From the NCBI GenBank assembly GCA_965226055.1, contig CBDDCA010000006.1, positions 608,001-672,000 of the forward strand: a DNA stretch of 64,000 bases, read 5' to 3'. Positions within the stretch are counted from its first letter, which is position 1, and every line of letters starts with the position of its first letter. A model generated the notes under the pieces. It was not told the DNA's origin. It was given only the letters and a program-made list of their open reading frames with translations, and ran no database searches. Shown here piece after piece: positions 40,701-49,849 of this stretch. This stretch comes from Spirochaetia bacterium (lineage in GTDB: Bacteria > Spirochaetota > Spirochaetia > WTKD01 > G963693115). Position numbers and translations under genes: made by a program.

Positions 40701-41524
40701 ATACTTGCGTTAAGTGTATTTTTTGGTACAGTTATTGGGTTTTCATCTATAGCAATAATAGCATTTATTGTGCGGACATTAGATACATCTTTTTTTACAC
40801 GATATATCTTGTACGATACATCCGATGCTGTGAGATTAGTCCCATCTTTTTTCTTATGATCACTGGTAAGAGAAGGAGCTGTCCATGATATTGATATGCT
40901 ATTATCAGCAGAAGTTGTTTTAATATTTCTTACATTAGATGGGGCAGTAGCTTTTGATCCTACTATTATACTACTTACTTGACCGTATGTTTTCTTTGTT
41001 GGATCATTTTTTATTGCTACTTCTACCACAAAATGATACCGTTTATCTTCTTCTATATTTACTTGTGACTCATCATCTGTAGTGAGTCCTAATTTATCAA
41101 AATCAGAAATAGTATATTTATTGCCAGTAGGGGCAGGAAGCTCTACTTTTTTTCCACTACTTACTATTTCTTGTTTAGATGGAGTAGCATCTTTATCTTT
41201 TTGCAATCCGTATACAGTATACACAAGTTGATCATTGCTTGTTATTGCTTTGCCATCTTTATCTTTCATTCCTGCAAAGGTGTCTAATTGTTTAACTGTT
41301 AAACTTAGTTTCCCTTTAACTGATGATTGGGCAGCTACAAATTTATCCTCTAATAAAGATTCTTTTGGCGGAACAGCTAAAGATGAAGTTCCTCCAGGTG
41401 CTGTTGGCTTGTCATCACCAGACGATGAGCTTAATTTATTTTCTTCACAGCTTAAAAAAAGTGAGCTAACCATAAATAGTACCAATGTTAAAAATATCGG
41501 TATAACGTTTTTTATCTTTTTCAT
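37745..41524 (-). CDS. Surface lipoprotein paralog 3: three FN3-like repeats and two DUF285 regions
   Basis: Signal ...LFLSC; RBS AGGAGG; 363-bp units anchored at 40211, 40574 and 40937. Confidence 0.88.
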   Translation of the reverse strand: MKKIKNVIPIFLTLVLFMVSSLFLSCEENKLSSSSGDDKPTAPGGTSSLAVPPKESLLEDKFVAAQSSVKGKLSLTVKQLDTFAGMKDKDGKAITSNDQLVYTVYGLQKDKDATPSKQEIVSSGKKVELPAPTGNKYTISDFDKLGLTTDDESQVNIEEDKRYHFVVEVAIKNDPTKKTYGQVSSIIVGSKATAPSNVRNIKTTSADNSISISWTAPSLTSDHKKKDGTNLTASDVSYKIYRVKKDVSNVRTINAIIAIDENPITVPKNTLNASISDLTANTIYEIVVQAVNSTDTTRVSTGLRVEATVGSEATAPSNVSNIETTIIDNSISISWTAPSLTSDHKKKDGTNLTTSDVSYKIYRVRKDGSNVRTIDTIIAIDENPITVPKNTYKASISDLTANTTYEIVVQAVNSTDTTRVSTGLRVEATIGSEATAPSNVSNIRTSTTDNSISISWTAPSLTSDHKKRDGTNLTTSDVSYKIYRVRKNGSNVRIIDTIIAIDKNPITIQKNTLNASTLNASISDLTANTTYEIVVQAVNSTDTTKVSTGLRVEATTLQGPRLVFKKRGNSDAITSFTTEAHGEYGKTTIAPIFSEVTPDSIVSGGSFSISPDSLTRSTGLSFNTADGTIFGVAKYVVSTTTYTIKFTASDGRELENSIDITIGYKYAPANKTALINAITAELRAQAQGSDTYNHRADLNIIDTSAVRKMDGVFFNDGLGYDESKFNGNVSKWDTSNVSTMNNMFGRATAFNQDISNWNTSNVTNMGNMFKEASAFNQDISNWDVRRVTSIAMIFFEATAFDKDVSSWELCSLDTAIAPSFDFMNSGIANNRNKQPTSKKGTDVCSISNTTLIPPEVSVIRQNMMAQGLKITWQSPQITSEHVDTDGDQLTQDQIEYKIYLAKMSGFGQLPDESDIIAATTPISLAANTKRYVFANVEENAYYAVLIQTVNSTDKTKVSIGERIDFKIPNIVIDNSLASTLEYTVGETVNKTITVGTNVGIIPTTTFTLSSAISQKIKKETGLTVTFDKASNTFTIKGRANKSNIWDPSIRSYQYATIEFSVPALNITKNSQLRIRTGLKRAKFVNSNGFIQTRQKSDYLRPKNSTELYHLIKDITEVEQKARRDNSYNKPDLNHIDTSAITNMDYLFSAVVGYRFEYDKKDFQPTRIHRFEGDISNWNTSNVTSFYSMFHQARNFNGDISNWDVGKVKKMVYMFVEANNFNQDLSGWVLKSLSPGSPVTKSDFKGSPLENKPSKWPRLN
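39961..39990. repeat. Perfect 15-bp tandem duplication (TLNAS x2) specific to paralog 3
   Basis: tacttgcgttaagtg repeated twice. Confidence 0.9.
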
Positions 41525-41950
41525 AAAAACCTCCTTAGGATTTACTGTTCATGTATAATATTTTATTACTTTACCCTAAAATATGTAATATAAATATTGC
41601 AGATTCAAGCATTAATTGCAAAAAACGATCAAAAAAAAGCAAGAAAGCACAATAAAAATAGAAATAAAAATAATGTGTCTTATATTTTTTAAAAGATATC
41701 TATGGTGAATATACAAAAAACAATCACATCACCTGACAAAAAAAGTACTAATAGAAAGTATGAGAAACATCAGTCATTTTCTTACCATATCTACTATTTA
41801 ATGAGAATAAGGTCAATACATTAGTACATAATTTTGCAGTGTCCTATGGTAGTACAAATTTTTATTTCTATAAAGTATTCATCAAGTTGCTTTTTGAGTT
41901 TCTGTGCTTACATATTGGCTTATCCAGAATCATAGTATTTAAGGAATATT

Positions 41951-42862
41951 CTATATCAATGCTTTTTGTTGTAAGAAATCCAATGCAATTTTTTCAGTTT
42001 CAATTTTATCTTCCTCTGCTTGATAATTAAGATCAATCATAGTCTGTTCATCAATACTTTCTGCAAGCAACGAAAGTACCGAAATAAGCTCTGGATACTG
42101 TTCTATTATTTCTTTTCTTGCAACAGGAATAGCATAATACTGAGAGAAAAAATTTCTATCATCTTCTAGTAGCGTCATATTAAATCGTTTCAGTTTGCTA
42201 TCTGTCGAAAATACATCAGTATAATCTGCTTTTTTCTCTATTATTGCTTGGTATCGCAACCCAATTTCTAATGAAACAATATCACTATGAGAAATACCAT
42301 AATAATCAAACATTGCTATGCCTCCGTCTGCTCGTGCCATAAATTCACTATCAAACCCCGGTATTAGTTCGGGATATCTTTGCAAGTCAGATATTTTCTG
42401 TAACCCAAGCTCATCAGCACGTTCTTTTAACATACCTATCGCATAGGTATTATTAAATCCAAACGTTTCAAACACTACCCAACCAAACTCATCGTATAAT
42501 TCTTTTTTAACAATATGAAACGATTCCTCTGCTGATACACGTTCTGTATGCTTTAATTTTGCCTGATAGAGAGTTCCTGTATAATCGGGATATATATCAA
42601 TATCTCCTGATTCTAGTGCTTGATGTACCACAAACGTTGAGCCAAGATTGTTTTTGACTTCCACGGTAAGATCCGTTTTTGCTCGTATCAAAGCTGCCAT
42701 TATGTCAGCAAGAATTATATTTTCAGTAAAATTTTTTGATGCAATAACAATATCTGATTTTTTTCCACAAGACAAAAATAGTCCCATGCTTATCAGTACT
42801 ATCATTATCATACATATTTTTTTTAAGGTACAAAACCTATTATTTTGTTTTTTCATTTTCAC
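41951..42862 (-). CDS. Glycine betaine/choline ABC transporter substrate-binding lipoprotein (OpuCC/OsmF-like)
   Basis: Lipobox FLSC; SKNFTEN, DIYPDYTGT, FGFNNTYA and LEDDRNFF motifs. Confidence 0.92.
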   Translation of the reverse strand: MKMKKQNNRFCTLKKICMIMIVLISMGLFLSCGKKSDIVIASKNFTENIILADIMAALIRAKTDLTVEVKNNLGSTFVVHQALESGDIDIYPDYTGTLYQAKLKHTERVSAEESFHIVKKELYDEFGWVVFETFGFNNTYAIGMLKERADELGLQKISDLQRYPELIPGFDSEFMARADGGIAMFDYYGISHSDIVSLEIGLRYQAIIEKKADYTDVFSTDSKLKRFNMTLLEDDRNFFSQYYAIPVARKEIIEQYPELISVLSLLAESIDEQTMIDLNYQAEEDKIETEKIALDFLQQKALI

Positions 42863-42874
42863 TTCCTTTTTATA

Positions 42875-43495
42875 TTAATTTTTTAGTTTTTTTTCTATAA
42901 ACACAAGTGCTGAATCCAGAATTATTGCAAGAAAAGCAGCTGGAATAGCTCCTGCAAAAATAATATTATTATCTAGTATATTTATACCACGAAAAATAAA
43001 TGTACCTAATCCTCCTGCTCCTACTGCTGCAACAAGAGTCGTAATTCCAACACAGGTTACTGTCGATACTCGTATCCCAGCAATAATCACAGGAAGCGCT
43101 AAGGGTATTTGTACTTTCAATAGTGTTTGCAACGAAGACATTCCTACTCCACGCGCGCTTTCTAAAATAGCTGCATCTATTTGTTGGAGTCCTACTAATG
43201 TATTTTGTACTATTACTAACAAAGAATAAATTACCAATACCACAATACTAGGACGAGCCCCAATACCAAGAAAAGGGATGAGAAACCCTAATAACGCTAA
43301 ACTAGGAACAGTCTGCATAATGCCTAAGAAATATTGCACAACAGGGGCAAGTGTAGGTAATCGCATAAGAATTATCCCTAAAGGCACTCCAATCAACACT
43401 GCAATAAGAACAGAAATAGAAGTTAATTGTAAATGCTCTAATGTTCTCGCTATAACTTCTTCCATATTTTCATACATGTAAGTAAAAAAATTCAT
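42875..43495 (-). CDS. Osmoprotectant ABC transporter permease (OpuCB-like)
   Basis: QTVPSLALLG, ESARGVGMS and GAGGLG motifs. Confidence 0.92.
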   Translation of the reverse strand: MNFFTYMYENMEEVIARTLEHLQLTSISVLIAVLIGVPLGIILMRLPTLAPVVQYFLGIMQTVPSLALLGFLIPFLGIGARPSIVVLVIYSLLVIVQNTLVGLQQIDAAILESARGVGMSSLQTLLKVQIPLALPVIIAGIRVSTVTCVGITTLVAAVGAGGLGTFIFRGINILDNNIIFAGAIPAAFLAIILDSALVFIEKKLKN

Positions 43496-43516
43496 AGTAT
43501 TCTCTTTATTTATATA

Positions 43517-44266
43517 TTACTCTTTATCTAACTCACTTAAAAGAGATTTTCTGTGTCGTGCCACAAAACGTTCTACAAACTCGTTTGCTGGTGAACGAAT
43601 AATATTATAGGGAGTATCCAGCTGTGCTATAAACCCATCCTCCAGCAAACAAATTCTATCAGCGAAAGAAAAAGCTTCATGAATATCATGAGTTACAAAA
43701 ACAATGGTTTTGTGTATCATCTGTTTTACTGATAAAAACTCATCTTGTACCTCTTCGCGTGTTATTGGATCAAGTGCACCAAAAGGTTCATCCATAAGAA
43801 CAATTTCTGGATTAGCCATTAAAGCACGTCCAACTCCTACTCGTTGAAGTTGCCCTCCTGAAAGCTGACGAGGTTTACGCTTTAATAAAGCACTGTCAAT
43901 TTGTAATGTCTCTTGAATAGTGGTAAGCTGTTTTTGAATTACGCTTTCTTCCCATGCTAGTAATTTAGGCACTATAATTAAATTATCATAAATAGTCATA
44001 TGAGGAAAAAGACCAATATTTTGAAATACATATCCGATATTTCTTCGCAACTGCACAGGATCATGATTCATAATAGAAAGCCCATCAATATAAATAGATC
44101 CTGAGCTAAAATGAATAAGTCGATTTATCATTTTTAAGATAGTTGTTTTTCCACAACCACTTTTTCCTAACAAAACAAGAGTTTCCCCTTTTTTGACTTT
44201 AAATGAGATATCCTTGACAACTTGTAATTTGCCATACGCTTTATTTACTTTTTCAAGCACAATCAT
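43517..44266 (-). CDS. Osmoprotectant ABC transporter ATPase (OpuCA-like, no CBS domains)
   Basis: GKSGCGKTT, LRRNIGYV, LSGGQ and MDEPFGALDPITR motifs. Confidence 0.93.
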   Translation of the reverse strand: MIVLEKVNKAYGKLQVVKDISFKVKKGETLVLLGKSGCGKTTILKMINRLIHFSSGSIYIDGLSIMNHDPVQLRRNIGYVFQNIGLFPHMTIYDNLIIVPKLLAWEESVIQKQLTTIQETLQIDSALLKRKPRQLSGGQLQRVGVGRALMANPEIVLMDEPFGALDPITREEVQDEFLSVKQMIHKTIVFVTHDIHEAFSFADRICLLEDGFIAQLDTPYNIIRSPANEFVERFVARHRKSLLSELDKE

Positions 44267-44465
44267 AATATTTTTTCTATAGCCTTGCTATAACTTTATA
44301 GTAGAAATGCTCCACCTTAGAATGTATAATTACTATACTAAATTAGACAAAGCAATAGATAAAACTGATACAATATACCGTTGTCAGCTCTATACTACCC
44401 TTTAAGTACTATCATACAACACATATTTTATGCATTATATGAGCAACAAAATTATTTACTCCTTA

Positions 44466-44494
44466 ATTATAGTAAAAATACTTCCTTTATGCAA
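44466..44494 (-). promoter_or_regulatory. Sigma70 promoter of the osmoprotectant operon
   Basis: TTGCAT-17 nt-TATAAT on the minus strand, about 200 nt upstream of the ATPase start. Confidence 0.6.
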
Positions 44495-44526
44495 GTATAC
44501 TGTATACATTAAAAATAAGCATATCA

Positions 44527-45258
44527 TTACTGTTGCATATATAATTGAATTTTCTCGTTTAATGTTGTTTCTTTCATTGTAAGTACATATTCTATGTGTT
44601 TACACACAATGGCATATGCTTGAGGAACATTGATATCAATTCCAACATCAGCAAGAGATATAGGGGAAATTCCCGATATAGATATACGAGACCATTGGTA
44701 TTGTTTTATATTCATGCCAATACCAATCAAATTCCATGTAAGATAGGGTTTAATTAAGATGCCTGCAATTTTTTTATTTTCTAACAACACATCATTTGGT
44801 TCCTTAATCACAAGAGCATCATCTTTCAAAGATATATCAGCCAGAGTATAGCAATGTTGAATGCTTTGCACTATCGCAAGTGCTATGGCTTTTACTAAAT
44901 TATTATATAGTAATTGACTGTGTGCGTTCCATTTATTTGCTTGTACCTCTCTTGATTGAGCAAGCAACAATACCATTAACAACGATTTTTTCTTTTCACT
45001 TATCCATACACGATCAAACTTTCCTTGTCCTTTCGTTTGCTGATCTGTAAGAAACACTGTGCCTGAACAAAGAGAGGGTTCTTTGAGAGTATGCATAGCA
45101 GTATTGTGCTGAATAGCTTGAATATAATGACGAGCTACATCAAACAATGTAGTACACTCTTCAATAAATATACATGGAGCATTAAAGCATCCCTGCTGTT
45201 TTTGTACAGAACATCGCTTTACTGTTTCTGATGTTATACTATTCCTGCTCTTTTTCAT
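44527..45258 (-). CDS. birA: Biotin--protein ligase, divergent
   Basis: QTKGQGKFDRVWIS, KEPND.LL..KKIAGIL and GIGMN motifs. Confidence 0.75.
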   Translation of the reverse strand: MKKSRNSITSETVKRCSVQKQQGCFNAPCIFIEECTTLFDVARHYIQAIQHNTAMHTLKEPSLCSGTVFLTDQQTKGQGKFDRVWISEKKKSLLMVLLLAQSREVQANKWNAHSQLLYNNLVKAIALAIVQSIQHCYTLADISLKDDALVIKEPNDVLLENKKIAGILIKPYLTWNLIGIGMNIKQYQWSRISISGISPISLADVGIDINVPQAYAIVCKHIEYVLTMKETTLNEKIQLYMQQ

Positions 45259-45261
45259 AAT

Positions 45262-48200
45262 TTAAGCATCCTTAACCGTGTCTTCAAGCCGAATAGAGCT
45301 TCGCAATTCGTTATACCATTTTTGTATACGCCCTTTTACTTTATAGAGTGAACGAACTAACAAATCAATGTCCTGTTCTCCTATAAGAAGCCATGTGAGT
45401 CTTTTTTTAAAATTTTTATCGTTCTGAGGAATTTTATGTAATTGCTTATTATCATATACCTGCAAAAAATGCTCAATACGTCGTAAGTAACAATAATCAT
45501 ACACAAGCATCTCATATTGTTCTACAGAAATACGCCCTTGTTCTTTTAGTTGTAACAAAGCCCCCAATGTATCGGCTTTAGGCAGCATTGTATGATATTG
45601 CACAAGCTGTAAGCCTTGTACCAAAAATTCTATATCACGCAATCCTCCCCAACTATGCTTTACTTCCAACACTTCGTCTTGTGTATTTTGTTCATGATGT
45701 TCCACTGATACTACTCGCAAAGAATGTATTTCCTGAACTATAGTGCTAGGAGCTACTTTTTGTAACCTATCATGTATAACATGCTGTATGCTCTGTAAAA
45801 TAATATCTCCTGCTACACTATCGCCTGCTACACACGATAATTTTATACAGGCTTGCAATTCCCATAATTTTGCATGTTGACGAAGATATGTTTCAAACTG
45901 CATAAGTGAAGATACTTCATGATTTTCTCCATACGGCTGTAATCGTAAATCTATTCTGTAAGCTCTCCCTGATGAAGTATATTCAAATAAATAATATATC
46001 GTTTTCTTAAACAACTCTAACACTGATTGCTTTTCAATGAGACAATGCTCTGTGTATACACATAACAAATCTAAATCAGAGCTATAATTTAATTCTCCTG
46101 CTCCAAATTTTCCAAAAGCAAATATAGCTATCCCTGTGCCATCATATTTCAAATGCTTGCATGCATATTCAAACGCAGCTTGCACGATAGCTTTTGCCAG
46201 GTTTGAAAGCTGATTAAAAATAACTTGTATCGGAAACCCAAGGCATATATCTTGAGTGATAATTTTTAGAGTGTGTTTCTTTTTATACTCACGTAATTCA
46301 TATAAAAATTGTTCTTCACTGGATACCATTTGCAGTTTCTTTTTAAGAGCTTGTGTATACTCTTGAAAGTTTGTGCTTTTTTGTGAAGTTTCTTCTTTAC
46401 AAATTTCTTCAATATATGATGGATGCTTCAGTATTTCTTCTGCCAAATACCTGCTCCCTGAAATAATATCAAGTAAAATAAACAAACGTCTCGGCTGATA
46501 CAACAATGATATATAAAAATCTTTTAATGCTTTTGCAGTAAACATATCAGATAAACGCGATAAAAACACAATAATACCATCAGCGTTTCCACTACGAGTA
46601 ATGTGTTGCCACGACAAAAGCAGTATTTTTGCAAATTCATTTTGAAGTTTTTTTTGTTTTGTACAGTTTTGTATTGCTGAAAGAGCTGTTGTAGGAGACT
46701 TAAACACTGTAAGAAGGGGTATTTTTTCAATATCCTCTTGTTCAACATATACTAAAGCTGCTGGACTTAAATCTTTCATGCGTATAGCTTCTTTTCCTAT
46801 GTAGTTTTTGACAAAATGCAATACATTTGCAGAATGAGTGTCAAAATCAAGGCAAAGCTGTTCTTTTGTGCTCAATAAATTTCTTTTATATCCCATACGT
46901 CTTGCAAGGTGAGTGAGTTCCCAATCATCATCAGGAGGAAGAGAAACATCAGTGGCGTTTCCTCTTCTTAAGCGTAATGCATTGATAAGAGCCCTAAAAA
47001 ATTTATACGCTTCAAATAGTTGTTTTGCTTCTTCGTCTATAATGCTATCAATGTGTAATATATTTTGTAAAATAAAATACATATTTGGATGACGCAGCTG
47101 CGGATACTGTTTCCCGTACCTTAGTTGTAATAGCTGTACATTTATTTCAACATCCAATAAAGCTCCTGCTCCAAATTTTGCATTTCGTCTCCCTTTTTTT
47201 ACTTCCTGTTCTATCTGTTTTTGTCGCATATCAATAACTTCTTTTGGATCTATACTGGAAGAAAAATAAATAAACTCATCACGCAACTGTAGTATACGTT
47301 CTGCCAGATGAGTATCACCCACTATAGGACGCATACGCGTTAATACAATACGTTCAACACTATGGGCTTTTCCACCAGCACGATAATATTCAATAAAATT
47401 ATCAAGCTGAATAGCAAGTGGACCTTCTTGGCCATGAGGACGTAAACGAAAATCTAGCTCAAAAATTCCCTTTTTTTGACTAACAATAACCTTATTTAAC
47501 TCTTTCAACATCATATTAAAATACTCACTATTAGTAATAATAGTAGTACCGTTTGTATGTCCATAATCAGTATAAATAAGCTGAATTTCCAAATCCGATG
47601 CAAACCCAAGTGCTTCTCCTCCAAATTTTCCTAAGCCAAACAATATCCATTTTGATTCAATGCCTGCAGCAGAACAAGGAGCTCCGTACTGCTCTTGCAG
47701 ATGTGATTCCACAAGATATAAAGCGTGTCTAATTACCACTTTAGCAAGTTCTGAAAGGTGCTTACTAAGATATAAAAACCCTGATTCTTTCATCATCAAC
47801 GCATCAATATCAACTTTATACCGTTGTTCATCCTTAAAAGTATTTATAACCTGTATTTTTTCTGCATATGTATGTGCTTTTTGCAGTAACTGAGTAAGCA
47901 TTGTTTCGTATGCAAAATGCTGTAACCCTTTCCGTTCATATTGTACATTTGAAAAAATTTTAGTAATCTCACCTGCATTTGTTTTAATAAAATCTTTCCA
48001 TACATAGTCACCTGACCCAAGCACTTGAGCAAACTTTTTTGTAAGCTGTGACTCTACATCCAGTAGAGAGTGAATATCTATAGAATCATCATCAACTACT
48101 TGCTGTATAATATGCTGAAGCCGTTGAATAGCTTGATACGGATCTGGGGCACTTTGAATCAAATAAGCAAACCTGATGTACAGTAATATACTGACATGTA

Positions 48201-48873
48201 GTTTTTTAAGATCTATCGTCTGTGTATTAGCGTGCTTTTGTTGTACTAAAAAAGTATCGTGTATATTATCCTGATATGTTTGAATGTGTAACTCTAGTAC
48301 AGATAAGTTATATAATGCAAGTGCATCACATATCATATACAAGAGAAACGGATGATCTTTCCCTTCTACATCTATAGATATACATGATTCCTGTTTATAA
48401 AAGGAAGGCTGTATTTCAATTTGAACAATAGGAATGAGAGGGGTACTATCTATATTTTTATCCACTTCTTCAGCAATTTGTTCTACAATATATTTTTTAG
48501 CATACACTTTCTGATGATTAAATAAGAGCTTTCCTTGTGTTTCTACCAGCTTTTTTATTTCTATACTTCTGCGAATATTGATATGCTGATCACAATAAAA
48601 CTGATTATAAAAACATAGCTCTCCTTTCTGTTGCCATTCATATGAAATTGCTCCTTTAATGGAAACTCCATACAAAGAAATAGCTCCTACTATATGAGGT
48701 AGCACTCCTTGAGTATTGAAACCATAACATACAACACAATTAGTCCCTGCAACTATTTCACAACACACAGGAATATCCTTTGTCAATTTTTTTCCCTGCT
48801 GTTGTTCTAACTGTTCCTTACGGTACATCAGAGAAGGAGTAGTATTATCAGTTTTATTCTCTCGGGACATCAT
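45262..48873 (-). CDS. glnE: Glutamine synthetase adenylyltransferase GlnE with N-terminal ACT-like domains
   Basis: Two NT domains: GKFGGEALGFASDLE with DFRLRPHG, and GKFGAGELNYSSDLD with DLRLQPYG; GGLRDIEF. Confidence 0.88.
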   Translation of the reverse strand: MMSRENKTDNTTPSLMYRKEQLEQQQGKKLTKDIPVCCEIVAGTNCVVCYGFNTQGVLPHIVGAISLYGVSIKGAISYEWQQKGELCFYNQFYCDQHINIRRSIEIKKLVETQGKLLFNHQKVYAKKYIVEQIAEEVDKNIDSTPLIPIVQIEIQPSFYKQESCISIDVEGKDHPFLLYMICDALALYNLSVLELHIQTYQDNIHDTFLVQQKHANTQTIDLKKLHVSILLYIRFAYLIQSAPDPYQAIQRLQHIIQQVVDDDSIDIHSLLDVESQLTKKFAQVLGSGDYVWKDFIKTNAGEITKIFSNVQYERKGLQHFAYETMLTQLLQKAHTYAEKIQVINTFKDEQRYKVDIDALMMKESGFLYLSKHLSELAKVVIRHALYLVESHLQEQYGAPCSAAGIESKWILFGLGKFGGEALGFASDLEIQLIYTDYGHTNGTTIITNSEYFNMMLKELNKVIVSQKKGIFELDFRLRPHGQEGPLAIQLDNFIEYYRAGGKAHSVERIVLTRMRPIVGDTHLAERILQLRDEFIYFSSSIDPKEVIDMRQKQIEQEVKKGRRNAKFGAGALLDVEINVQLLQLRYGKQYPQLRHPNMYFILQNILHIDSIIDEEAKQLFEAYKFFRALINALRLRRGNATDVSLPPDDDWELTHLARRMGYKRNLLSTKEQLCLDFDTHSANVLHFVKNYIGKEAIRMKDLSPAALVYVEQEDIEKIPLLTVFKSPTTALSAIQNCTKQKKLQNEFAKILLLSWQHITRSGNADGIIVFLSRLSDMFTAKALKDFYISLLYQPRRLFILLDIISGSRYLAEEILKHPSYIEEICKEETSQKSTNFQEYTQALKKKLQMVSSEEQFLYELREYKKKHTLKIITQDICLGFPIQVIFNQLSNLAKAIVQAAFEYACKHLKYDGTGIAIFAFGKFGAGELNYSSDLDLLCVYTEHCLIEKQSVLELFKKTIYYLFEYTSSGRAYRIDLRLQPYGENHEVSSLMQFETYLRQHAKLWELQACIKLSCVAGDSVAGDIILQSIQHVIHDRLQKVAPSTIVQEIHSLRVVSVEHHEQNTQDEVLEVKHSWGGLRDIEFLVQGLQLVQYHTMLPKADTLGALLQLKEQGRISVEQYEMLVYDYCYLRRIEHFLQVYDNKQLHKIPQNDKNFKKRLTWLLIGEQDIDLLVRSLYKVKGRIQKWYNELRSSIRLEDTVKDA

Positions 48874-49849
48874 ATATTGGAAACACGCGATATTTTTTAA
48901 GGAGCATAACAGGGCGATATGTTTGTTTTGCTTTTCTTAACCCTTCTTCTCCTAAGTCTTGTTCTCGATTTATCAGATAGCAGCGAGGGGATAACTGAGC
49001 TGCAAAATCTTGATTTATATATTGATATACTCCTTTATAATTCATATCTGCTTTTTCAAAATGAACAATTACCGCTTTTTGATTATTTCGATACTCAGCA
49101 ATAACAAACGCTACTGGGGTATTTTGTATATATGTTATACGTCCAAATAAAGGAAGATCAAAGAAATGTGAAATAGCTGTTGTAATAGCTTCGTAATCAA
49201 CATTTGATTGCTGTTGTTTCCATATATTTAAAATATGGTATACATCATTAAGAGTATCTTTTTCTATTATTTTGGTAGTATACTGATAATGTTCCTTAAA
49301 ATAGTTTACATGATTTCTTTTTTTATGAAATTTGCTCCCTTGAAGCTCTGCCAAATCATACGTACGATATAAATAATCAAAATCTCCTCTCTCTTCAACT
49401 ATTTTAGCGTGTGCACCACTGTCCTTTAATAACAACAAAGCACGATTCATAGAACGAAAAAGTGATAATGGCACTATTTTGATATACCTGTTTTGAGAAA
49501 AAAAATCATACAAAAAACTGACTGGAGGAATCTTTGCTATGATATGGAGAAACTGCATAGCACGCTTTGTGTCTTTTCCTACAATATACAGATGATTATC
49601 CACACGTGTCAATGAATAATGATACTGTTGCTTAAATAAAAAAAGACCACTAAAGCTAAACTCACTTACAAGAGAAGGATAATAGGAAAAATAATCATGA
49701 AGTAATGCTTGATGATCATGCTCCAATACTTTTGTGTTAGGCCATGCTGGTACAATTTCCTGTATTCTTTGTACTATTTCGCTAGAGATCATATCTTCAT
49801 TATAAAAAAATCCATTAAATACCACATACCATACTGATTTAGCATACAA
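48854..49849 (-). CDS. DUF2156 / LPG-synthase C-terminal-like protein
   Basis: SEFSF..LF, DYLY...[18 protein letters not shown] and [16 protein letters not shown] motifs. Confidence 0.88.
   Translation of the reverse strand: MYAKSVWYVVFNGFFYNEDMISSEIVQRIQEIVPAWPNTKVLEHDHQALLHDYFSYYPSLVSEFSFSGLFLFKQQYHYSLTRVDNHLYIVGKDTKRAMQFLHIIAKIPPVSFLYDFFSQNRYIKIVPLSLFRSMNRALLLLKDSGAHAKIVEERGDFDYLYRTYDLAELQGSKFHKKRNHVNYFKEHYQYTTKIIEKDTLNDVYHILNIWKQQQSNVDYEAITTAISHFFDLPLFGRITYIQNTPVAFVIAEYRNNQKAVIVHFEKADMNYKGVYQYINQDFAAQLSPRCYLINREQDLGEEGLRKAKQTYRPVMLLKKYRVFPIYDVPRE

Noticed and set aside
31598-41524. Diversity-generating retroelement (TR/VR-like near-identical repeats)
   Set aside because: No reverse transcriptase in the window; the repeats are whole coding paralogs and the mismatches I checked are not confined to adenines
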